Shown: positions 21,180-33,433, counted from the first letter of the whole stretch. The stretch: 63,932 bases of DNA, filler included, from Aduncisulcus paluster (GCA_024181965.1; 5 parts of 5 records of this genome joined end to end with filler, not necessarily neighbours in it); one strand, 5' to 3'. The notes: generated from the sequence alone by a model not told the origin. Program-made: numbers and translations.

Positions 21180-24100
21180 ATGCAGAGCACTGAAGAGTTG
21201 ACAAAAGAAATTGAAGCACTCATTGTTTCAATCAAAAGAACAGACTCTCGACCTGCCATTAAATCCCTTTATGAAGGATCCTATTCTCGTCTCAAGACTA
21301 TCTTTGATGAGTTCACTTCTTCACCCTCATCTGCTGTCACATCCGCTCGAGATCTGTTCGCCCTTTGTTTCGAATGTTTGTCCTTGTTCGTGAAGCATAA
21401 AGTTACAAAAGACGATGGAACTCCAGATGAGGATGATTTTGAGGTTATTCTGGATAGTTCTTCCATCCAGGATATGATTGACTCTTTCTTGCCTTCAATG
21501 ATCCGAGTTGAAGCTATTCTGAGAGTTGAACGAGAAGAAATGGAGGAAATGGAAGAAGAAGAAGAAGAAGCTGAAACTGCTGAATCTAGAGTGAATTCCA
21601 TTACAAAGACATTGTTCAGCATTCTCAGTATCTCGACAGATATTGTTGATCCCCTTTGTACAATAGTTTGTCCTAAAATCTCCACTCTTCTCTCCAAGAT
21701 GTTTATTCTTGGCCTATCTGAGAAACTTGATGATTCTTTTGTTGAGGATATCCTTCTAACATGTAGGAATATTGCATTTGCCAAAGATGATCCCACCAAG
21801 AACTCCCTTTTATCCATTCTTCTCCCACATATCTTGCCATGGATGAAGAAGTATCCTAATAGGAAGTTCTTTTTCTTGTGGATGAATATCTTGAAGAATA
21901 TCACAGTTGATAAGGATAACATCGACTCTGATAAATCTCGTTCTTCACAACTTTGGTTTGTCTTCCACCCTGTCTTGGCTATTATCAAGGACACTGCTTC
22001 CCAAGGTATCACATTTGATGATGATGCTGTAATTCGTTGTTTACTATTCTTTGGTAACTTGAGTTGGATTCCTTCCCAAGCCATTGAAGTTCATGCTTGC
22101 ATTAAAGATGGTCTTCTTGAAAGCTGGTTTGAGATAGTGAAGAGGAAGAAAAGTGAAGGACTGGATGCTAATAGTCAGGGAGTCAAATACTGGTCCAAAC
22201 TCATTTCCATGCTATCCACTGTTCCATCTCTTGTCCATCAACTCTCTCCTAAATATGATGCCAACATGGAGTGGTGTAAGAAGAATGGAGGATTGCATAA
22301 TGATTATGCAAGATATCTTGGTAATTGTTATCCTTCTCTGAAGAAATGGTCTGAATTAGTTGAAGCTATTAAGAAATGTCCTGACTCAGAATCATCCTCA
22401 ATTCTCTACCACAAACACCGAGAAGATATCCTTTCTGTCTTCCTTGCATCCCAATCAAAGAGTGAGATTGGAGAGCACAAGAGAGAGATAGTGTTTTGTG
22501 TTGAGTGTTTAGATCGGTTTGTTGGACATGATATTGCTGGAAATCATATCTTCCTCCCAATACCCGATCTCAACAATCTCATTGACACTTTCATCGATCA
22601 TCTTTCAAGAATTGAGGAAATATTGGAAGAAGCTGTTTATGAAGTGTATTGTAGCATTTGTGCTAACTATTCTTTCGAAGTTGAAGATAAATTGGATTCT
22701 TTCCTTCTCAAGATCCTTTTCACTTTCCATCGAATTCTTGAGAGAGGAAGCAAGAAAAAGTTGTCTGATAATATTGTTATAAATTTACTAAAAACTCTCA
22801 GTAACATCTCTTCTTCTCCCTCTACTTCCACTCGATCCTCTATTCTCACCCTTATCAAACTATATGTCAAAGATTGGTTGGGGATGTACAATGATAGTGA
22901 GTGTTATGGACAATGGATGTATATTCTATCATTTGGCACCACCTCAAGTGATAACGAATCTCCCAACACTTCCCTTTGTTCTGAAGCTTGGCCTCTATTC
23001 CACCCTGTTCTTGATGTTGTTAAGAGAGAGTTTGTTGGGGACAAGATTATTGAGGATGATCATAAAAATGTTATATTATTCTTCTCTAACTTATGTTGTG
23101 ATCGAGGACATACCCCCGAAATCTATGATAATGTTAAGCATCTTCTTGATGGATGGTTTGAGGTTATGAAGAAGAAAGAACATGAATTGGGAATCATATA
23201 CTGGTCTAGATTCATTTCCATGCTTTCCACTGCCCCATCTCTTATTCTTCAACTCTCCCCCAAATATGATGCCAAAATGGAGTGGTGCAAGAAGAATGGA
23301 GGATGGAGTGATGATTATGCAAGATATCTTGGTAATTGTTATCCTTCTCTGAAGAAATGGTCTGGATTAGTTGAAGCTATTGTGAAATGTCCTGACTCAG
23401 AATCATCCTCAATTCTCTACCACAAACATCGAGAAGATATCCTTTCTGTCTTCCTTGCATCCCAATCAAAGAGTGAGATAGAAGAGCACAAGAGAGAGAT
23501 TATTCTTTGTGTTGGGTGTTTAGATCGGTTTGTGAGACATGATGTTGCTGGAAGGAGTATCCATCTCCCAATACCCGATCTCAACAATCTCATTGACACT
23601 TTCATTGATCATCTTTCAAGAGTGGAGGAAATATTGGAAAAAGCTGTTTGTGAAGTGTATTGTAGCATTTGTGTTGATTATTCTTTCGAAGTTGAAGATA
23701 AATGGGATTCTTTTCTTCCCAAGATCCTTTCCACTTTCCATCGAATTCTTGAGAGAGGAAGCAAGAAGAAGTTGTCTGATAATATTGTTCTAGATTTATT
23801 GATGACTCTCAGAAACATCTCTTCTTCTCCCTCTACTTCCACTCGATCCTCTATTCTCACCCTTATCAAACCATATGTCAAAGATTGGTTGAGGATATAC
23901 AATGATAGTGAATACTATGGAGAATGGATGTATATTTTGTCACAGATCACCCTCTCAAGTGATAATGCTTCACCTAACACCTCTCTTTGTTCTGAAGTTT
24001 GGCATCTTTTCCACCCTGTTCTTGATGTTGTTAAGAGAGAGTTTGTTGGGGACAAGATTGTTGAGGATGATCATGAAGAATGTTTGCGATTCTTCTCTAA

Positions 24101-24854
24101 CTTATGTTGTGATCCTTCACATGCTTTTGTAATCTATGATAATGTAAAGCATCTTCTTGATGGGTGGTTTGAGGTTTTGAAACAACATGAATGGGGAATC
24201 AAATACTGGTCTAAACTCATTTCTATGCTTTCCACTGTCCCATCTCTTGTCCCTCAACTCTCTCCCAAATATGATACCGACATCCTATGGTGCAGAGAAA
24301 AGAGGTATTGTTCAACTCAAATCTATAACCAATACCTTTCCAACATTTCCTCCTTCGTATCTTCTTCATATCTCTCTTCAACTCTTTTCCATTCTGTTCC
24401 AATGGTTTCATTTCTCCCATCAATTGAGACATCTTTGTGTCCTGAGAAAGATGGATATTCATACTCTTCCCATGTATGTTCTGTTATGAATCTGCATAAA
24501 ACTATTCCACATCGGGAAGACAAAATCTCTTGCTATCATAATATTATCAGTGGAAAAGAAATGCAAATTCAACATGTTCTTAAACGTGATGGATCGAGTT
24601 CTCAAGATATCCTCACACACTCTTCTCTCATCCAATACACTTCTCCTCCCCAACACATGCTTGTTAAGATGCCATTTGATGATGAGAGATCCTTGAGACA
24701 ATCTGTGTATGATCTGATTGAACACACAGGTGGAGGTGTTGAAGTGGTGTTTGAACAGGGATCATTATGTTGTTCGTTTGAAGAATACGATCAAGAAGCA
24801 TGGAGGATAGGAATGGAAGATATTGAAGAAGAAATGAAAGAGGAGGTCAAATAG
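21180..24854 (+). CDS. Large alpha-helical protein with tandem repeats of about 337 aa (probable lineage-specific family)
   Basis: 1224-aa ORF; YWS(K/R).ISMLST.PSL..QLSPKYD recurs at 22188, 23199 and 24204. Confidence 0.85.
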   Translation: MQSTEELTKEIEALIVSIKRTDSRPAIKSLYEGSYSRLKTIFDEFTSSPSSAVTSARDLFALCFECLSLFVKHKVTKDDGTPDEDDFEVILDSSSIQDMIDSFLPSMIRVEAILRVEREEMEEMEEEEEEAETAESRVNSITKTLFSILSISTDIVDPLCTIVCPKISTLLSKMFILGLSEKLDDSFVEDILLTCRNIAFAKDDPTKNSLLSILLPHILPWMKKYPNRKFFFLWMNILKNITVDKDNIDSDKSRSSQLWFVFHPVLAIIKDTASQGITFDDDAVIRCLLFFGNLSWIPSQAIEVHACIKDGLLESWFEIVKRKKSEGLDANSQGVKYWSKLISMLSTVPSLVHQLSPKYDANMEWCKKNGGLHNDYARYLGNCYPSLKKWSELVEAIKKCPDSESSSILYHKHREDILSVFLASQSKSEIGEHKREIVFCVECLDRFVGHDIAGNHIFLPIPDLNNLIDTFIDHLSRIEEILEEAVYEVYCSICANYSFEVEDKLDSFLLKILFTFHRILERGSKKKLSDNIVINLLKTLSNISSSPSTSTRSSILTLIKLYVKDWLGMYNDSECYGQWMYILSFGTTSSDNESPNTSLCSEAWPLFHPVLDVVKREFVGDKIIEDDHKNVILFFSNLCCDRGHTPEIYDNVKHLLDGWFEVMKKKEHELGIIYWSRFISMLSTAPSLILQLSPKYDAKMEWCKKNGGWSDDYARYLGNCYPSLKKWSGLVEAIVKCPDSESSSILYHKHREDILSVFLASQSKSEIEEHKREIILCVGCLDRFVRHDVAGRSIHLPIPDLNNLIDTFIDHLSRVEEILEKAVCEVYCSICVDYSFEVEDKWDSFLPKILSTFHRILERGSKKKLSDNIVLDLLMTLRNISSSPSTSTRSSILTLIKPYVKDWLRIYNDSEYYGEWMYILSQITLSSDNASPNTSLCSEVWHLFHPVLDVVKREFVGDKIVEDDHEECLRFFSNLCCDPSHAFVIYDNVKHLLDGWFEVLKQHEWGIKYWSKLISMLSTVPSLVPQLSPKYDTDILWCREKRYCSTQIYNQYLSNISSFVSSSYLSSTLFHSVPMVSFLPSIETSLCPEKDGYSYSSHVCSVMNLHKTIPHREDKISCYHNIISGKEMQIQHVLKRDGSSSQDILTHSSLIQYTSPPQHMLVKMPFDDERSLRQSVYDLIEHTGGGVEVVFEQGSLCCSFEEYDQEAWRIGMEDIEEEMKEEVK
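22188..24290 (+). repeat. Intragenic tandem repeat, period 1011 and 1005 nt, diverged
   Basis: Long identical blocks with scattered substitutions, so the duplication is real rather than an assembly echo. Confidence 0.9.
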
Positions 24855-25601
24855 AAAAGAGGAAGAGGACAATCAAAAGAAGGAAAACATTGTCAAATTG
24901 TTTAAAGTTTAAACTAATGGGATAATCTTGTTAGAGCGGAGAGAGAGAAAGAGAGGGAGATCATACAATCAAAAATGAATAATAAATAATGGTATTCTTT
25001 AAAATAGAGATTGCTCAATAACGTTGAGTAAGTTTATTCTCGACAATTCTTTCGCGATAAAATGATTCATTAGAGTTGCCAAATTCGGTGATCAGTTGTG
25101 TATACAAGTTATAAAATCACAAATGAAATAATCATGTCTATTTTTAGAAATTCTATTTTTAGAACAACAACTTCAATATTGTCGAGTCGGGATCAGAATC
25201 AACAATATCAGACATATTTGATACAGTTCTGATCCATTCCATTCAAAATAGGGGGAGGAAAACTGGAGATATCACTTCCAACATGACATATGTGGAATTA
25301 TGGATGATATGAGGGAAGAGAATATGAGAAATAACGAAAATATGACGATCAAATGAATCTTTTCAATTTCTAAAATCTAAAAATAGATGTTCTAAAAATA
25401 GAATACGATTGATTTCAAATGTTTCCAGATGGTCTGAAAAAGGGTTATAGACATCGGAATATTGAACAGAATGTGTAATTCTTGTAATTCTTTGCTTACA
25501 ATCATCTCGACATGCCCTGACTCTTATTTCTTGCCTGGGAATATCGTCTATCATCATACCATATCAATGTGGAACAATAAATACAGATAGGAAACAAACA
25601 A

Positions 25602-28600
25602 TCATGGGTTAAAAATTCTTTCAATTTCAGAAACACAAACAATCTCTTTCAAAATTATGATGATATCATCATTCACAACTCGTCCAAATCCTTTCCAGAT
25701 GAATTGCCTATCAATAAAGTGAATATTAGAGATTCTTGTTGTTTCTTCATCAACAAGATCTCTTGAAATAGAATGAGGATTATAGCTCAAACAGAATGCA
25801 GATATTTGATCGTGTGTTGGGGACAATCCATGAATTCCCATCATTTCCACAACAGAAGACACCCCAAGGATAATAGCAATAAAAAGAGGGTGATTGATCC
25901 AAGGTAAACTTCTAAACATTTGAGAAACATTCATCCCAGAAGATTTTGTGAAATGATTCATAAAATGCGAAAGAGATCGCCGACAGACTGGATATCTTGC
26001 CAATATAAATCCACTCTGAAAAATAGTCTTCAAAAAATCACCAATAGAAGATAGACTTCGATTTGCTTTGGTTTCAACACAGCTCCATCCATTAACATGC
26101 TCAATAAAAATGGAATTAACACTTCCAAAACTCTGAATATTCTCATACAAATAATAATAAATGAACATAAAATGTGTCAACTCTTCTGTAAGGGTGATTC
26201 TAGGAATACTTGTAAGACTTTCATCGTCAATTTCATCATTTTCGATAAAAGATATATGGGAAGTGATCTTTCTCAACGTTCTAAAAATATACTCAAGAGA
26301 GTATGGGTTCATTCCAATTTCCTCTCTTTTTAGAAGATTTGCACACAAAATAGCCATATCTCTAGATGAAAAATGTTCAGAGAAGTCAATCTCAGCCTGC
26401 CAATCATCAATACGTCTCAAGAGAATCTCTAGAAGAACAATGACCCATTCTAGCGAAGATATTATCAACGGATTGTGCAGCAAACTAATAATACACCGTG
26501 TGGACAAGGAATTGGGCAAAATCCAAGAAAACTCATCCAAATCCAAGAGGTATATCATTCCATCACACAGAACAATACAACATTCTTTGGCAGAAATAAA
26601 TAAACAACTCAGAAAGGAAGGGGAAGGTGTTGTTAAATTCGGGAAAGATAATTGGGAAAAATGTGAGTTAGCGGACATGAACAGTTTCCCCGGGGATGAT
26701 TTGAAGCTATGACTCTGTTCGTCTAAAAATAGCTGTGAAAATGAGGAATTATATGCGATAATCGAGTCATACGAACAATATGAAGGAAAAGAGTATTGGA
26801 TTGATGGATTATAAGAGTTGACTAGTTTGTGATATCTATATTCATGAAGGCCAAGATCAGCCAAAATAATGGGAGAATCATCAACATAGAGAGAATAATC
26901 ATCCTCACCCACACCGTGTGAGCATGAAAAATGCGAGGAACATGATCCCACTTCATCGCTTGTTTTAGAATGAGCTAATTGAACAACACACCTACTTTGC
27001 TGAGCATTTTTTGATTCTTTTCTTGGAATATCATATGATTTTTGTGTTCTAAAATTTGTCCATCGTCTTTTGTTGAATAGACTCATTCTGAAATGAGATT
27101 TCCATTTCCACTGCTTTTCAGCAGAATCAGATTGATCTTCAGAGATATCATATTTGGACAATATAGAAAGTTTTCTATCTCTAATAACGATTCTTGAATG
27201 ATCTCCTCGAATTTGTCTCCGTTGAATCCACACTGACGCCAGCATTTGCCCGCATTCAGATATTTGTGGATTGAACTCATCTTCAAAAATATGGCAAATG
27301 AAATGTTCAATATCAAACAAAAACATACCGTAATATTGCATACAATCCTTCACAGTAATACACACATATGGCATCGAAGGATGGGATATAATTGAACAAT
27401 TATCCATGGGAAAACAGTTAGATGAAAATCTCTGGTCATATCTCCATGTACAAGGAAGATCTGTCACATCTGATTCCTTCAAGGAATCATGAAAGGGAAC
27501 AAAGCTTTCATCACATGAAATGAGAGGATGCATCGGTCGAACAGAGAATATTGGTTCATATAAATCCTTACTTTGGTGGAAGATACATAACTTATTCCTC
27601 ACAATAGCCATTGAATTCATTGGAAAGTCACTTAAAAATGCCCTAAATGTGTGCTCACGAGACAAAAGGTTCACTCTATGCAAATATATTGTGGAGGAGA
27701 GAGAGGGAAGAAAACTTGATGGTTCTGACGTTCCAAATCCACCAACCCCATCTCCTGTGATCAGATCAGCCTCAACATGGGAAGCTCCACACGAATGTCT
27801 TCCATTTTCACAATGGATAACATAAACATAATCCCCGCAAATCCATCCAGACACTGCATGTCTTCTTGTGAGATTATCAACGATAATTGTGAATGTATTT
27901 CTCTGAAGATCGTACATACGAATGGAATAACACTTCTTATCGGAATATACACATGCCACAAAGAAAACAGAATTAGCAGATTGAGTGAAATGACCATCGA
28001 CACCTCGAATGATATCAAATGTATTGCGAATAGGACAAAGAATAGATCCCAATAAATCCATGTAGGAGTGAGAATAATCACGCCAATCTTTGTGAAGCAC
28101 CGCCATAGATTCAGAGGAAGAACCATCTGCACTGTCAAAATAATATAAAAATTCTTTTATAGAATCATAAATAACAAGTCTATTCTTATCAGTATTGTTA
28201 TGCTGTAGCAAAACATAGAATCGGTGGTCACATGAACATGGAGAATGCTGAAGGAAAGGGGAGAAAGAGTGAAACGATTTTCCTACAAGATCACGGATAT
28301 TTCCAGAAATATAGAAAATAGGAGAATCACAATAATACACAGAAAGGGAATGAAAGGATTTCAGACGCTTTTTAAGAGCCTTACCGTCAAGACACTTTGC
28401 AGACGATAATGCTGATGATTTCTTGCATTTATCTGGATCTTTCTCACCACTGTTTCTATTTTTAGGAGCAATTGAGTGGGTAACATGGCAATACTTTCCT
28501 TGTGTATTGGGAACGGACATACTTACAGCCTGAAGATGAATATATTGGAACTCAGAATCAAAGGGAATTTCTTCTTCACTTTCACAGAGAATAATACTTT

Positions 28601-29648
28601 TGGCAAGTTCATGGACTGAAGAAAGGTCAATAAAGAGAATCTCACATTGTCTGACAATAAATACAATGCGTTCATCAAAGAAAATGACGCGGGAAGGTGA
28701 AACACAATGAAATATTGCCAATTTTCTAAATTGATTAATTTCGAAAAAACATTGTTGATTCTCTTGGAAAACCGAAAAAACATTTCCCATCGGAGAAAAA
28801 GAAAGCGATTGACAATCTCGAAAGTGTTTTATGATTGGACAAGATCGGAAAACAGATTTTGAACAATCTAAGAAAAAAATGTCATAATCGACATATACAA
28901 GCCCTGATCTGAATTGAACAGCAATGATGCTCTTATTAGGGTGTACAATCAAAGATATTTCTTGAATATTTTTGATGCCAAAACAATTTGGGGAAAATGA
29001 TCCCAAACGCCTCCCAGAATGATCAAAAAGAAGAATCATATCACCATACCGTTTTTTGGCGATAATTGTCACGGCAATAATAGATTTACATAAAACAATC
29101 GATGTCAAATTGGAAGAACATGAAGCAATCGGAACAGGAGAAAAGGGAATGGTTGAAGATATCTCGGAGGACATAAAACACGAAGAAGGGAATGAAAATC
29201 GAAAAATACGTTTCTCAACCGTCAAAAAGACAAGAAGATCTCCATCATTCTGGGGAAAACCATTTGATGACTTGCCAAATAGACAGGAGAGAGGTGACAG
29301 AACAGTTATAGCAATATCAGATAATTTAAATGGGCAAATTATGCAAAAATATGTTTGATTACGAATGGAATATATTGATAAGATTGCTCGATTCGAATTA
29401 TTGCATTCTTTATGAACCAAAGCAAAAAATTGAGAACATGGAGAATAGGAAATTAATTTAGGAACATAATGGGATGGAATATCAATATATTCAAGAGATT
29501 TATGGGAAATATACTGGAAATCAATGATAATTTTCGATAGGGAATTAAATACAACAATATCATCTGAACCTGTCTTCAAGAGAGAATACCGGCCATCAGG
29601 GGAAGATATTGTGGTAGATATTGGCAAAGAATAAAAACATGGAAGCAT
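25602..29648 (-). CDS. Large hypothetical protein, probably beta-propeller-rich N-terminus and helical C-terminus
   Basis: 1348-aa ORF; SPDGRY, YSPCSQFFALV, SFSPMGNVF blade-like motifs. Confidence 0.75.
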   Translation of the reverse strand: MLPCFYSLPISTTISSPDGRYSLLKTGSDDIVVFNSLSKIIIDFQYISHKSLEYIDIPSHYVPKLISYSPCSQFFALVHKECNNSNRAILSIYSIRNQTYFCIICPFKLSDIAITVLSPLSCLFGKSSNGFPQNDGDLLVFLTVEKRIFRFSFPSSCFMSSEISSTIPFSPVPIASCSSNLTSIVLCKSIIAVTIIAKKRYGDMILLFDHSGRRLGSFSPNCFGIKNIQEISLIVHPNKSIIAVQFRSGLVYVDYDIFFLDCSKSVFRSCPIIKHFRDCQSLSFSPMGNVFSVFQENQQCFFEINQFRKLAIFHCVSPSRVIFFDERIVFIVRQCEILFIDLSSVHELAKSIILCESEEEIPFDSEFQYIHLQAVSMSVPNTQGKYCHVTHSIAPKNRNSGEKDPDKCKKSSALSSAKCLDGKALKKRLKSFHSLSVYYCDSPIFYISGNIRDLVGKSFHSFSPFLQHSPCSCDHRFYVLLQHNNTDKNRLVIYDSIKEFLYYFDSADGSSSESMAVLHKDWRDYSHSYMDLLGSILCPIRNTFDIIRGVDGHFTQSANSVFFVACVYSDKKCYSIRMYDLQRNTFTIIVDNLTRRHAVSGWICGDYVYVIHCENGRHSCGASHVEADLITGDGVGGFGTSEPSSFLPSLSSTIYLHRVNLLSREHTFRAFLSDFPMNSMAIVRNKLCIFHQSKDLYEPIFSVRPMHPLISCDESFVPFHDSLKESDVTDLPCTWRYDQRFSSNCFPMDNCSIISHPSMPYVCITVKDCMQYYGMFLFDIEHFICHIFEDEFNPQISECGQMLASVWIQRRQIRGDHSRIVIRDRKLSILSKYDISEDQSDSAEKQWKWKSHFRMSLFNKRRWTNFRTQKSYDIPRKESKNAQQSRCVVQLAHSKTSDEVGSCSSHFSCSHGVGEDDYSLYVDDSPIILADLGLHEYRYHKLVNSYNPSIQYSFPSYCSYDSIIAYNSSFSQLFLDEQSHSFKSSPGKLFMSANSHFSQLSFPNLTTPSPSFLSCLFISAKECCIVLCDGMIYLLDLDEFSWILPNSLSTRCIISLLHNPLIISSLEWVIVLLEILLRRIDDWQAEIDFSEHFSSRDMAILCANLLKREEIGMNPYSLEYIFRTLRKITSHISFIENDEIDDESLTSIPRITLTEELTHFMFIYYYLYENIQSFGSVNSIFIEHVNGWSCVETKANRSLSSIGDFLKTIFQSGFILARYPVCRRSLSHFMNHFTKSSGMNVSQMFRSLPWINHPLFIAIILGVSSVVEMMGIHGLSPTHDQISAFCLSYNPHSISRDLVDEETTRISNIHFIDRQFIWKGFGRVVNDDIIIILKEIVCVSEIERIFNP

Positions 29649-29845
29649 CTACCTTTCCAATTATCCCTATGTAGCTCAATCGGAAGATTTTCCAAATTGA
29701 AAATTTCAATTAGCAACGGAATCACAGACATGAGGCTCCATGCCTAATCTATCATGTATAGTCTTGTAATTTCTATAATACTATTATATCCTTAGCTATT
29801 ACCTTATTCTACAGTATAGAGTACAGCTCTAAAATCAGCCAAAAA

Positions 29846-29927
29846 CGGTAAGAGTGGGATTCGAACCCACGCGTGAAATCACAATCGCTTTCTAGGCGAC
29901 CGCCTTAGACCACTCGGCCATCTCACC
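29846..29927 (-). tRNA. tRNA-Ser (anticodon AGA)
   Basis: GGTGAGA/TCTTACC acceptor stem, D arm GCCGAGTGGTCTAAGGC, GTCGC-CTAGAAA-GCGAT anticodon arm, long variable arm, GTGGG-TTCGAAT-CCCAC T arm, discriminator G, followed by TTTTT. Confidence 0.95.
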
Positions 29928-30213
29928 ATAAAATAAAAATTTACTATACTTTTATCAATTTATTTCATAAAAATTTCTTAAGAAATTGGCAAATATAATC
30001 TTATTTTGTCACTAATTCATTTTAAAATAGATGTTCAAATTATTTTTATTCGAAGTAGACAAAATATAAAATCATGGAAAAGCGAAAACACAATCAAACA
30101 GAAAAAGAAATGAAATAAAAAACAAGAAAAACATGATTTTTACCAATTTTTACAGATAATAGTATATAATAAAAAATAAAAAATAAGATGGATTCATCTG
30201 CCATGATTTCTCT

Positions 30214-32584
30214 CTATTTTGTCAAAAACATATTTCTTAAAGCTTCTTCTGCAGATGGCCTCTTCTCTATCTCCTCGGCTTGAAGATGCGTTTCAGCATA
30301 TTTCAAAATATTACGAACGATATCACGCTGCTCCAACATTATTCTTCCCTCGATTTGACGGAAAAGCTCACACACAAGGGCTCCAAATGAATACATATCA
30401 TGTGCGGGAGTAGCATGATAAGAAAGATGGGAATTCGTAGCATCATCTCCATCTTCCCCGTTGCAATGGGAGGAATAATCTCTCGACTTCTTCATCCACT
30501 CAGAAAACTCAGGAGGAGTGTACACGAAAGTCGAACAAGGAGTCGTGCTTGTTCGGAGTCTCATTGCATTTCCCTGAATCACTTCAATCGCTCCTTCAAA
30601 ATCACATAATAATCCATCATTATCATCATCAATCAATACATTCGCTGGTTTGATATCACAATGCACAATACCACGGGAATGGAGATGATCCAATGCGTGT
30701 AATACACATTTAAAAACATGTATAAGCTCATGGACTCCAACATTATCGTGAGAGCGGATCCAATGCAATACATCTCCTTCTTTGTAGTAAGGAAAGACAA
30801 GGAATAATCTCTTTGCACCCCCCCCCACTGCAGAACACATCACATGACCATCGTAGCCCGGAGGAGTGTCCTTGAAAATGGATAACAAGGGAACAATGTA
30901 CCTACACTCCTTGAGACGACCGATAAGAGCTCCTGAGATGATCTTTCCAGGTGATACCGTGGGATCGGTCGGTTTTATAAAAACNNNNNNNNNNNNNNNN
31001 NNNNTACATCTCCTTCTTTGTAGTAAGGAAAGACAAGGAATAATCTCTTTGCACCCCCCCCCACTGCAGAACACATCACATGACCATCGTAGCCCGGAGG
31101 AGGGTCCTTGAAAATGGATAACAAGGGAACAATGTACCTACACTCCTTGAGACGACCGATAAGAGCTCCTGAGATGATCTTTCCAGGTGATACCGTGGGA
31201 TCGGTCGGTTTTATAAAAACAGTCTTTTCCTCCAGGCTGCCATCAGGTCTCTCGCGAAAGAAAAGACCTTTATATGAGTTCCGAACACCCAAAGATTTCT
31301 CGTCAAGCTCAGTTTGAAAAAACCCAGAAGAGAGAGAGGAGAATAGCTTGGGAAGATCATCATTTCCAGTAAAACACATCATCTCCTCACCTCTCTCTCT
31401 TTCTTCCCTCTTTTCTTCTTCACCCTCAACTTCAGAGCAGAGCCCTTCCTTCAAGGACAAGTCGGGTGGCATAGTTTCTGAGTCTGAGAATGGGTTTGGA
31501 CGGGGTGGAACAACATCAGACTGCAAAGCAACTTTATCATCCATTTTTTCCCATGATAGTGCCTTTCTGTTCATGTCTTCCCTCTGTTTGAAAGATATAA
31601 GCCATTGAAATATGTTTAAATGGAAAGGACTTGACAAGAGGTTTTGAGTGCAAGGACTGATTAAACACGACATATCCCCACAAGACGATAAAAAGGGGGC
31701 AAAGGCGGGATGAGATTTCATGGTTTGATTAAATTCGGAGACATCACACACGGCCAAACAAACACTATGAAGCCTCCAGAACTGTGAGGACATGACAGAT
31801 CTACACAAAGTAAGGAAAAGTTCAATACCATCTCGTTTCGAAAAGCCTGGAGGAAAGGAAAGAGATTCCTCCTCCTCCTCATCTTCTTTTTTTCCTTCTT
31901 TCTTCTCTTCTTCTTCCTCCTCTTCTTCATGTTCTGTCACTGATATCTGATCACACCGATTCTGAGTGTCTTGAATACAGCAGTGAACAAGATTTCTAAA
32001 AATAGACACGGGAAATAGTTCCTTATCTAACACAATATTTTTCTGCTCGTGTTGACTCCCAGCAAGAGATTCCTCGCAATCCCTCTCGAACCCTGCAGCC
32101 CAAGACATATCCTCCTCTTCTTCACTTCTTCTTCTATCGCTGTACTCACTATCATCTCTGCTACTGCTCATCTCATCTGGGTCGTCTGGGTCATCTCTAC
32201 GTAGTTGAATGATACGACGTTGCTCCTGGATCCAAGAGAATCGTTCTTTCCACTTCAGGAGATCTTCCAAGAGTAAATCGACCTCGCTTGGAGGATTTTC
32301 TTCACAAATCTTCAAGCTCTTGCTGATAGAAGAAATGCAAACATGTCTGAGCTTGGAAGCTCCTCTAATTCGTTCCCACTCAAAGAGAGACTCTAAAGTA
32401 TGTGAACAAACCATTAGAATATTCAATAGAACATGAGTAATACTAGCAATCAATGTGGTTATTTTGAATGATGTACAAGACGCAAATGACTTAAGAAGAC
32501 GTCCATTCAACTCTTCGTGATGACACAAATTTGTTAGTTCAAACATTTCGCGTGCAATCCAATCTTTTCTCTTTCCAGCACTAA
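30214..32584 (-). CDS. Ser/Thr protein kinase-domain protein with long N-terminal region; fragmented by gaps, N-terminus missing
   Basis: VFIKP, HCDIKPANVLI, CDFEG, YTPPE, DMYSFG, KRPSAEEAL; the segments either side of gap 30985..31004 overlap by about 215 nt. Confidence 0.85.
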
Positions 32585-32604
32585 NNNNNNNNNNNNNNNN
32601 NNNN

Positions 32605-33139
32605 GTTTGATATCACAATGCACAATACCACGGGAATGGAGATGATCCAATGCGTGTAATACACATTTAAAAACATGTATAAGCTCATGGACTCCAACAT
32701 TATCGTGAGAGCGGATCCAATGCAATACATCTCCTTCTTTGTAGTAAGGAAAGACAAGGAATAATCTCTTTGCACCCCCCCCACTGCAGAACACATCACA
32801 TGACCATCGTAGCCCGGAGGAGTGTCCTTGAAAATGGATAACAAGGGAACAATGTACCTACACTCCTTGAGACGACCGATAAGAGCTCCTGAGATGATCT
32901 TTCCAGGTGATACCGTGGGATCGGTCGGTTTTATAAAAACAGTCTTTTCCTCCAGGCTGCCATCAGGTCTCTCGCGAAAGAAAAGACCTTTATATGAGTT
33001 CCGAACACCCAAAGATTTCTCGTCAAGCTCAGTTTGAAAAAACCCAGAAGAGAGAGAGGAGAATAGCTTGGGAAGATCATCATTTCCAGTAAAACACATC
33101 ATCTCCTCACCTCTCTCTCTTTCTTCCCTCTTTTCTTCT
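32605..33139 (-). repeat. Near-identical extra copy of part of the kinase gene (redundant contig or haplotype)
   Basis: Matches about 30645..30984 plus 31220..31400; has C8 instead of C9 in the homopolymer, which shifts the frame. Confidence 0.8.
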
Positions 33140-33239
33140 NNNNNNNNNNNNNNNNNNNNNNNNNNNNNNNNNNNNNNNNNNNNTTAATTAATTAANNNNN
33201 NNNNNNNNNNNNNNNNNNNNNNNNNNNNNNNNNNNNNNN
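33140..33239. other. Artificial contig-joining spacer
   Basis: N44-TTAATTAATTAA-N44. Confidence 0.97.
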
Positions 33240-33433
33240 TCTCGAGTACGATTCATTGATATTTGATGTAAAATATGGAAATATTCGCATTGAATATGAA
33301 CTAATGGGATGACAATAATTTTGTGTGATCTAAAAATAGAAATTCTAAAAATAGAAATCACTTCTGAAATATCCGTTTTTATGCATTGAAATTCTCAGAT
33401 TTTACTCCAAAGCTGTTCATTTGGTTTTCAAAA

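Noticed and set aside
29846..29927. tRNA-Leu(TAG) or CTA suppressor reading of the CTAGAAA loop
   Set aside because: The 5-bp stem fixes a 7-nt loop with AGA at positions 34-36, and discriminator G fits Ser
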